The position numbers and the translations under genes were made by a program. Positions 55,498-64,000 of a DNA stretch of 64,000 bases are shown here, one piece after another. The notes under the pieces are model-generated. The model was given only the letters and a program-made list of their open reading frames with translations, did not search any database and was not told the DNA's origin. This stretch comes from Eledone cirrhosa (lineage: Eukaryota): assembly GCA_964016885.1 (NCBI GenBank), contig OZ024745.1:91264001-91328000 (forward strand), in the 5' to 3' direction. The first letter of the stretch is position 1, and every line of letters begins with the position of its first letter.

Positions 55498-57654
55498 TAT
55501 ATAGATACATACACATAAGTGCACGCAAGCACGCACACACATTCACACATACACATATGAGGAAGCTGCATGGGAAATAAAGATAAGGAAAAAATTCTGT
55601 TTCATTAAATGTGAAGCAGAATAAGCTGTATTTAGCATTGGAGAGGATATAAAGTTTGGTAATAGATAAAACAGACTGACAGGAGTGAAATTGAATGGTA
55701 TATGGAAGGACTCTAAAGCGGAAACTGTAGATAATTTTGGAATAACTAAAGCTTAAGCTGTAAAAATATACCTGACAAAGTAGTGTCTTACAGCTTAGAA
55801 GAAAAAAAAGAAATTGATGGATAGCTGAGCTGAAATATATATTTCAAGAAATAGTCATTGAAGGGCAAAAATAAATGGTATAAATAAAAGCACAGAAGAA
55901 ATAGATTGAGAGGGAGATGTAAGCTATAAGAGATGCATACTGGCTATTTAAGATAAACAGAGAAGCACCATTTCGATGTAGAATACTTACTGAAAATTAT
56001 TATATTAAAAGATGAAAAAACATTAGTTGTCAGACTAATAGCTTACCAAAGCAAGACGACCTGATAGAGGAAATGTCTTGTGGAAAAACTGCAACTATAA
56101 AAAGACTAATTTTGATTTTAGAAAATTTTTACAAAAAAGACCTGTACCAGATTGAAAAAGTATGAAGAATTAGGCTTTGTGATATATATATTTAAAGGAT
56201 AGATAATGAAGATTAGGTTAATAGGGGTGTAATTGTTGGTTTGCCTCTAATAAAGCAGACCACCCCATATGTCGGCTTTGTTGTTGTTTTTGCTTATCAT
56301 CATTTAACTCTAATTAAAGCATCTGTTGAAAGTTTATAGAGTCTGATATTATTATTTTTTATGCTTAATTAGTCGGGGAAGAGCAGTGCCTATGATGATT
56401 TTCATAATCTCTGAGACTGGAGAGAGGTAACGAGGGATATATTCTCAAAGCAGAGACCTTAACTACATGTTTGCAACAGAATGACACAATTAAAGGCACC
56501 CAAGGGTCAGGTGGTGGTGTTAAACCAGGCAATGGGTTAACCCTGATAAAGAAGACCTGTGATCAAAGGTGTTACACCTGTTACTACTTCATCTTCTGTT
56601 GTTGTTTAGCTTTATTCAACCTTGATAAAGCAAGCCTGTGAACAAAGGTATTGCCATTATAATAACTCCATCCTTGTTGTTTATCCTCACATCCACTATG
56701 ATCAAGCAGATCTATGATCAAAAGTATTTCATCTGTGGCTACTCTATCTTTTGTTGTTACTTAGCCCTAGTTCGATTTTGGACTGAAACTATCTTATACA
56801 TTTTTAATGTGTAATGTATCTAGAATTACATTATCCAGCTTGTCTTTCCTTTTTTAGGACAGTAGGATGTGATTTGAGGGAGAGTTGGCTAACCTAATTC
56901 TAGCATGTCAAGTGATTACTTAGGTGATATTTGGCTTGTACTGATTAACATTGGTTGTTTATATAAAAGAATAGTTGCAGCTTAAAATTTAGCTCAGCAA
57001 TTACATGAAAGAGTGAATAAGGAAATGTAATCAGACACAGAATACTATGCTTTATTGAAGTAAAAAACAATAGAAAAAGCAAGCAACTGTCTAGAATTTT
57101 CAAAACAGACTGAAATTCCATGATTGAAAGAACTAACAAAATTTAGCTCATTTTAGACAACTACTTCGAATGCGTAAATAGATATATATATGAATAATAT
57201 TTCTGAAAAAGAAATCTATCATTCCAGGAGTCTTCATAATTTGGAAAATCAGAGAAGGAATTTCTCATTTCTAACATTTGTCTCTGACAACCTTCCGAAC
57301 TAAAATTTACTTTATGTCAACTGATCAATAAAAGACCTACATGGGTGCAGTAATATTACTTGTGATTTAAGACTGGCATCAGATCAAGTATTTGTTGCAA
57401 CCATCTAACTCCAATTTTATTTGCAAACATGTCATGTCAGAAATCAATCACTATATCTATGAGTAAATGTATTTATGTGACGAAGATTTTAGAATATCCA
57501 CAAATAATTTTCAGTATTGTCTTATTTAAGGATGTTTACAATACACACACACACATGTAATATGTATGTAAAAGGTAAACAAAAATAACAACACAATCGG
57601 TACAGTATATGGAAGGTATATATTAGGTTAACACTTGATATAGCAGGAAGAGGG

Positions 57655-57690
57655 TCTTAACGTTTCGGATGCTAGTCCTTCATCAGAAGA
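57655..57690 (-). ncRNA. Ultra-minimal type I hammerhead motif, intact core
   Basis: tctt-CTGATGA-a-gga-ctagca-tcc-GAAAC-GTT|aaga; stem III is reduced to palindromic ACGT with no loop. Confidence 0.65.
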
Positions 57691-57789
57691 AAAGAATGAG
57701 AAATAAAATAGATTGAGGGGACGGGCGGAATGGAATTTGAAAAAATGTCTTTAGATAAAAATAACAGGTCCACTCATGTTGACATCTCT

Positions 57790-57833
<44 letters not shown>

Positions 57834-57887
57834 TAAACAAATAATGAATAAAACAATGAAACAGTTCCTTATATTAAACAAAAAAAG

Positions 57888-58042
57888 TTCATTATTTAAC
57901 GATCGTTTCTAGGATATATATGTGTTAGAATTGGCATGCATATTCAACAGATCTATGTACAAAATTATACAAAATTATACAAACTATCAAGATTAAATAT
58001 ACATACCAAACACACATATATGCCGTCTTCAGAAATAATGAA
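57888..58042 (-). ncRNA. Type I hammerhead ribozyme with ~116-nt extended stem II
   Basis: ttcattattt-CTGAAGA-long hairpin-GAAAC-GATC-GTT|aaataatgaa; perfect 10-bp stem I; palindromic ACGATCGT. Confidence 0.75.
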
Positions 58043-58447
58043 ATATATTTATTGATAATAACAACGATTCAAAATTTCAGGTCCGTTTGGGAACGGAGTT
58101 CAAAATTGACCAATGAAAATACAAAAAGTTTTATGCAGTTTGGTGTGTGTATATACATGTAACTAACCCCGTACACATATTTATACAAAGATATATGCTC
58201 AACATGCATACGCATGCCAAAAAGATGTATGCAAATACAAAAAATTTAAGGCTAATGTCTCTGTAAGTTTATAATCCACAGATAAAATGCGTATAGACAC
58301 ATAAATATGAAATAAGTGTATACACATATTCTCATATTCACACACATCCATACACTCACACACACGCGCGCGTATATGCATAAACATACACATAATTACG
58401 AACATACACACACACACACACACCCCTCAGAAAAAATTACACACACA

Positions 58448-60484
58448 CTCAGAAAAAATTATAAAAAATCTAATAATGCGTCACTCACCAACATCAACAA
58501 CAAAACACACAACATAGTAAAAAAACTAAACATTGAAGATAGAACTGAACCTTTGGCATTGAAAAGACCACACTTCAACCTGAAGGATCATAAATCAAAC
58601 TTTAACTCAAATCCTTCTATAAGACTTATATGTCCCTCCAAATCAGATATTGGAATAATTAGCAAAAAAATTTTGGATAGAGTCATCCCACAAATAAGAA
58701 AACACGTTATTTTACCACTCTGGGAAAACACCTCCCAGGTAATTAACTGGTTTAAAAATATTAGATGTAAATCTTCTGCTTCATTTCTACAATTTGATAT
58801 AGATAATTACTATTCTTCTATATCACCTATACTCCTGAACAAAGCATTGATATTTGCTAAAAATAGATCTAACTTAACTTTGGATGACATTAATATTATT
58901 ACACATGCTAGACTAACACTTATTGAATTTCAGAATGAATACTGGACCAGAAACACACATAGTAATCTATTTGATATTACTATGGGTTCAAGCGATTCCG
59001 CCCAAATTACTGATCTTGTGGGCCTCTTTCTCCTTTTCAACATAAATGCCTCCTTTCCCCACCTTAAAGGTGGTTTATATCGTGATGACTGTCTTCTTCT
59101 TTCTAACAACCTTAGCCTTTCAGAAATAGAAAAAAACAAAAAACATATTAGAACTTTCCTTAAAGACTATTATAATCTTCATATTACTTTTGAAAAAACA
59201 AGTAAAGTAGTAAATTTCCTAGATATAACTTTAGATTTAGCTACGGGTATCTACCAACCTTACCATAAACCAAACCAAAACTTACATTACATACACTCAC
59301 AATCTAATCACCCTAAATCTATCCTTAAAAACCTTGCATATAATATATCACTTAGAATTTCTAACCTTTCTTCTAACCAAGATGTATTTGATAAAAATGC
59401 GACCTTCTATAACGAAGCTCTAGATAGAAGTGGCCACAAAAATAGATTAGAATATATACCTTCTACTAAAAATACTAAAAGCATACAACCTAATATTACC
59501 AACAAACACCAAATGAAAAGTACACACCTAAATGCCACCCACACTATACCCCAAAATACCAAATCTTCTAATATAAAATATAGTAACTCTCAAAAAACTA
59601 CTCATCATACAACTCTAATAAATATTAATAATAAAACTCCTAATAAAAAAGATAAAACACCTAAATCTACAAATATAACTAAAAATGGTTGTGGTGAGAT
59701 CATTAACATTAATCCTCCTAGTAAACATCACGATACAACCTATAAAAATAATAAAAATAATAAACAACATAGAAACCGTAATAGACGGGTTACTTGGTAT
59801 AATGCTCCATTTAATTTACAAATTAAGGATAATATTGCTAAAAAATTTTTTTATATCCTAGAGAAAAACTTCCCGCCAAACCACAAATACCATCAAATCT
59901 TAAATAGGTCTACAGTTAAATTCTCATACTCAACAACAAATAACATAAAACAAAATATAAGTGCCTATAATGCATATAAATGTAAGAAAACCATAAGTAT
60001 ACCACCAATACATCAAATTAACCATAATATCTCCTCAAATACAGAATTAACGAAAGGTTGTAACTGTAGAAACAAAGCAAACTGCCCATTAAAAGGGAAT
60101 TGTCTTGTTAACAACATAGTCTATAAATGTAATGTTAAAACTAAAGATTCTATTTGCTCATATATAGGAGCTACTTCTAACAATTTTAAGACAAGGTTTA
60201 ATACCCACAAGCATAGTTTTAAAAATGCCGCACTGGCTAATACAACATCTCTAGCAGAAAAAATCAATAGTTATAAAAATAAGAATATAGAATATGATTT
60301 GACCTGGAGTGTGCTCAAAAGAGCCACCCCTTATCAAAATAATAGAAATGAATGTAGATTATGTTCCCAAGAACTATTTGAAATAATGAAATCTAAGGAT
60401 ATCCTATTAAATAAACGACAGGAATTAATTATATCGTGTAATCATAAACTAAAAAAAACATTTAAATATTATAAACCTAATTAA
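58448..60484 (+). CDS. Penelope-like reverse transcriptase plus C-terminal GIY-YIG endonuclease (5'-truncated, no true start)
   Basis: LKDHK...IRLICPSKS, FDIDNYYSSI, MGSSDSAQITDL, LYRDD, FLDITL, YIHSQSNHP, CNCR..CPL..C, IVY...YIG...FKTRFNTH, CRLCSQE, LNKRQE; no internal stops. Confidence 0.9.
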   Translation, partial: LRKNYKKSNNASLTNINNKTHNIVKKLNIEDRTEPLALKRPHFNLKDHKSNFNSNPSIRLICPSKSDIGIISKKILDRVIPQIRKHVILPLWENTSQVINWFKNIRCKSSASFLQFDIDNYYSSISPILLNKALIFAKNRSNLTLDDINIITHARLTLIEFQNEYWTRNTHSNLFDITMGSSDSAQITDLVGLFLLFNINASFPHLKGGLYRDDCLLLSNNLSLSEIEKNKKHIRTFLKDYYNLHITFEKTSKVVNFLDITLDLATGIYQPYHKPNQNLHYIHSQSNHPKSILKNLAYNISLRISNLSSNQDVFDKNATFYNEALDRSGHKNRLEYIPSTKNTKSIQPNITNKHQMKSTHLNATHTIPQNTKSSNIKYSNSQKTTHHTTLININNKTPNKKDKTPKSTNITKNGCGEIININPPSKHHDTTYKNNKNNKQHRNRNRRVTWYNAPFNLQIKDNIAKKFFYILEKNFPPNHKYHQILNRSTVKFSYSTTNNIKQNISAYNAYKCKKTISIPPIHQINHNISSNTELTKGCNCRNKANCPLKGNCLVNNIVYKCNVKTKDSICSYIGATSNNFKTRFNTHKHSFKNAALANTTSLAEKINSYKNKNIEYDLTWSVLKRATPYQNNRNECRLCSQELFEIMKSKDILLNKRQELIISCNHKLKKTFKYYKPN

Positions 60485-60976
60485 TAACATTATTTTAGAA
60501 ATTAATATATAATTTAATTTAAATGTTAGTTAACCTATAAATTTAATTTAATTAAAATTCTACTACAGCTGAGAATATAAAATATTGTGTAATCATAAAT
60601 TGTGAAAAACCTTTAAATATTACTAATATATACTTAGTAATTTAATTTATAGATTAATTTTAATTTATTTAACCCTTTATTAAAATTCCTTTACAGATAA
60701 AATATAACAAAATATCGTGTATCCAATGACAGAGAAATAATTTTCAGTATTATAGACCTAATTAATATACATTTTAGAAATATATTTATAATTTGGTTTT
60801 AAATTTAGTCAACCTAAAGATTTAATTTAATTGGCTTAAAATTAGTATCCTAATACAGACGGATTGCAGAGTGTCATGTAATCATAGAATGGGATGTGTT
60901 TTGGATGTATACCTAGTTAATATATTCTTTGCAATTTTTGAAAAAATATGTATATGTATGTATGTATATGTATGTA

Positions 60977-61035
<59 letters not shown>

Positions 61036-61400
61036 ATGTATTAATTTTGATTTCTATTTGCATATAATTATATTCTGCTATTGATAAAATACAATATCTG
61101 TTTTATTTATTATATACCTAATTAACATATACTATAGAAATTAATATATAATTTTTAATTTAGTTAACCTATAATTTATATTCTACTACCGATGTAATAC
61201 TTTATTTGTTTTTTCCCTATTACTAAATTCATTTCCTAATATTGATACCATAACGTTAATAACTTTAATTTAGTTATACTATAATTAATACTCTACTACT
61301 ATTTAACTTCAAAATTCTGCTTCAAATATTATAAACCTAACTAATTTACACCTTAGAAATCAATATGTTAACTTTCTTTAGTTTAGTTAACATATAATTA
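60464..61400 (+). repeat. Four diverged ~80-bp repeats in the PLE 3' region
   Basis: tattataaacctaattaat...tagaaattaatatataattt...ttagttaacctataa recurs at about 60466, 60748, 61108 and 61327. Confidence 0.65.
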
Positions 61401-61689
61401 ATGATATACTTATTTTGAAATGCATAATTTTGCCTTATTTCTTGCATTTCCTAACACTGAAACTATGTAAAAACATATATTGAGATCCAAATACAGATTA
61501 ATATTCTATGTTTCTTGAAACATATATTTACTATAATCCCTTTCTCCACCCCCCCCCCCTTTCCCCATACTATTATCATCTGTGTTTGTAAGCGTGTATG
61601 TAAGAATATATATGTAGGTAGGTGTATATATGTTTGGGTGTTTATATCTGAGTATAAAAATACATATATGCGCATGCAAATAAGAATGT

Positions 61690-63067
61690 ATGATTGTGTG
61701 TATATATATATGTATATATATATATGTGTATATATGCATGTGTATATATATGTGTATATATATATATATGTATGTGTGTATATGTGTATATATGTGTGGG
61801 CGTGTATGTGTGTGTATATATATATATATATATGTGTATGTATGTGTATGTATATATGTGTATGTATATGTATGTCTCTCTATATATATGTCTATCTTCG
61901 TATCTATGTGGGTATATATGTGTGTATGTACATGTATGCACATGTATATGTTTATGTGTATATGTGTGTATGTGTATATATGTACGTGTGCGCACATATA
62001 TATGTGAGTGTGTGTGTGTGTGTGTATATATAAATATGTATATCTATGTGTGTATATATATATTCGTATGTGTATATATATATATTATTTATTATTATAA
62101 TATAACTTATGTGTATATGTATATATGTGAAGGTGTGTATGTGTATATATATGTATATGTATGTGTAAAAATATATATGTGTATGCGTGTTTTTGTGTGT
62201 GTGTATATATATGTATATATAGGTCACCAGTTGGTGCTACTGGTAACATGTATCCCAGTACAACCTGTCTCATGGTCGGGTCGTTGGCGACTAAACTGGC
62301 AACCCCACCAAGGTTTCTTGGTGAGGAGGGTGACTTTGGACATCCTGCAGGACTAAAAACAAAACCTGTCAAAGGGCAAAGGAGCTCTTAAGAGTCAATG
62401 GCCATCCAAAATCACCGGGAGAGATGACCCCTTAGCCTTTGTCAAGGCAGAATTCTAGGAGAAGGAAAACTCTGATATAACACCTGCAACCCTGATGGTA
62501 TCCAATGATGTTGACTTGTTCTTCTTTTTGGTAAATATCATCTTGGTTAAGAGAGTGGGACTGGCTTTGTGCAGTGCCTTTGCTCACTATAAAAGCTTCA
62601 CGGCACAGGCATTGCTTTATATCTGGAGATCTCTCTGCACTTGTCCTCACATGGTACCATGGGCCCAGCACTATGTGTCAATAATTGTCACAAGTGTAGT
62701 GTTTGTACCAGAGTTTTCAAGTCGCTGGCTGGACTAAAAAGTCACACTCGTTCAGCGCTTCGGTAGGGGTTCTCCTACATGGATATAAAGTAGTGGCCGT
62801 ACTCGAAAACGAGTTGGCAGCCACCATATATGTGTGTATGTATGTGTTTGTATGTGTGTTTATGGTTGTATGAGTGTGTGGGTATATATATAAATATATG
62901 TGTATATATATATATATATATGTGTGTATATGTATCTCTATTAATGTGTGTATATATGTATATGTATATACCTTTTTCTTTGTATGTCTGAGTTGTGTGA
63001 GAGTGTAGTGGTGTTTATATGTATATACGCATATATGGATGCGTGTGTATTTGTATATATGTATGTG

Positions 63068-63100
<33 letters not shown>

Positions 63101-63588
63101 GTATATGTATCTCTATTTGTATGTGTATATGTGTATATGTATATACCTTTTTCTTTGTATGTCTGAGTTGTGTGAGAGTGTAGTGGTGTTTTGTATGTAT
63201 ATACCGATATATGGATGCGTAAGTATTTGTATATATGCGTATATATAAGTACGTATGTGTGGGTGAATATATATCTATGTATGAGTATGTATGTGTGTGT
63301 ATGTATGTGTGTATGTGTGTATGTATGTATGTATGTCTGTATGTATATGTGTGTATATATATGTATGTATGTGTATGTCTGTATGTATATAAGTATGTAT
63401 GTGTATGTATTTGTGCGTGTATGTGTATATATATGCGTGTCTATATATGTGTGTGTGTATATATGTGTGTATATATGTGTGTATATGTATATATATATAT
63501 ATGTATGTGTGTATATGTGTGTATATGTATATATGTATATGTTTATATATGTGTGTGTGTGTGTGTGTTGTATGTGTAGATGTGTGTA

Positions 63589-63637
<49 letters not shown>
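61690..63637. repeat. TA/TG low-complexity tracts inside the PLE 3' region
   Basis: Direct reading; interrupted by 62222-62825; ~100-bp duplication at about 62965 and 63140. Confidence 0.85.
62222..62825 (+). mobile_element. Putative bipartite non-autonomous RTE derivative (5'UTR fused to 3' end)
   Basis: ctaggagaaggaaaactctgat resembles RTE 5'UTR sequence. 62680-62766 encodes CHKCSVCTRVFKSLAGLKSHTRS, a C2H2-like RTE C-terminus. 3' stem-loop gtggc..actcg-aaaa-cgagt..gccac; TA flanks. Confidence 0.55.
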
Positions 63638-63642
<5 letters not shown>

Positions 63643-64000
63643 CTTGATATATTTCTTTTTTCTTTTTTCTCTTTTCTTTTCTTTTTATTTCGAAGTTTAT
63701 AGATACATCTATAAATAAGCAGTCTGCCCAAACAGTTGAATACTGACCTCTCCCCCCCTCCCACCTAATTTCTGTATCTTGATCTAAATGTGTGTGGCAG
63801 TGTTTATGTGAGTGAATTAATATCCATGTGCTTATGATAATATTATATCCACATATATATGTGTGTGGGGGTGTGTGTGTGTGTGTATGTTCGTAATTAT
63901 GTGTATGTTTATGCATATACGCGCGCGTGTGTGTGAGTGTATGGATGTGTGTGAATATGAGAATATGTGTATACACTTATTTCATATTTATGTGTCTATA

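Larger units (their letters stand above)
57826..64000 (+). mobile_element. Penelope-like retroelement with inverted 5' pLTR, continuing past the window end
   Basis: RT + GIY-YIG ORF. 58292-58426 is the reverse complement of 63868-64000 except for one CA unit. HHR in the inverted segment; (TA)n at the left junction. Confidence 0.85.

Noticed and set aside
55560-56200. Purine-rich stretch resembling decayed coding sequence
   Set aside because: Frequent stops and no motif I can assign.
58316-58447. His/Thr-rich N-terminus of the 722-aa ORF
   Set aside because: It is the inverted pLTR and CA repeat read in frame from a GTG, not the native N-terminus.

Overview
AT-rich, repeat-dominated eukaryotic DNA, most likely intergenic or intronic sequence of an octopus-like cephalopod; this is inferred from the repeat families and cannot be proven here. 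No host protein-coding exon could be supported, and most long ORFs in the track are (TA)n/(CA)n artefacts. Real coding remnants: a young 5'-truncated Penelope-like element (RT + C-terminal GIY-YIG, 58448-60484), two young 5'-truncated RTE LINEs (13052-14029 and 37540-39222, minus strand), and decayed RTE, R4/Dong, CR1, Tx1, Tigger and second-PLE fragments. Also present: tRNA-derived SINEs, TTAA-flanked MITEs, a Helitron-like element, a 52-bp minisatellite and a ~6 kb TA-rich array. The most notable hidden signal is about a dozen type I hammerhead ribozyme (HHR) motifs, intact or decayed, from several sequence families. Most have palindromic minimal stem III, most sit in or beside TA/CA tracts, and they are repeatedly linked to fold-back (inverted) ends. 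One example is a ~530-bp near-perfect palindrome with one HHR on each strand (14069-14598). Coordinates were read by eye, so element boundaries are approximate.
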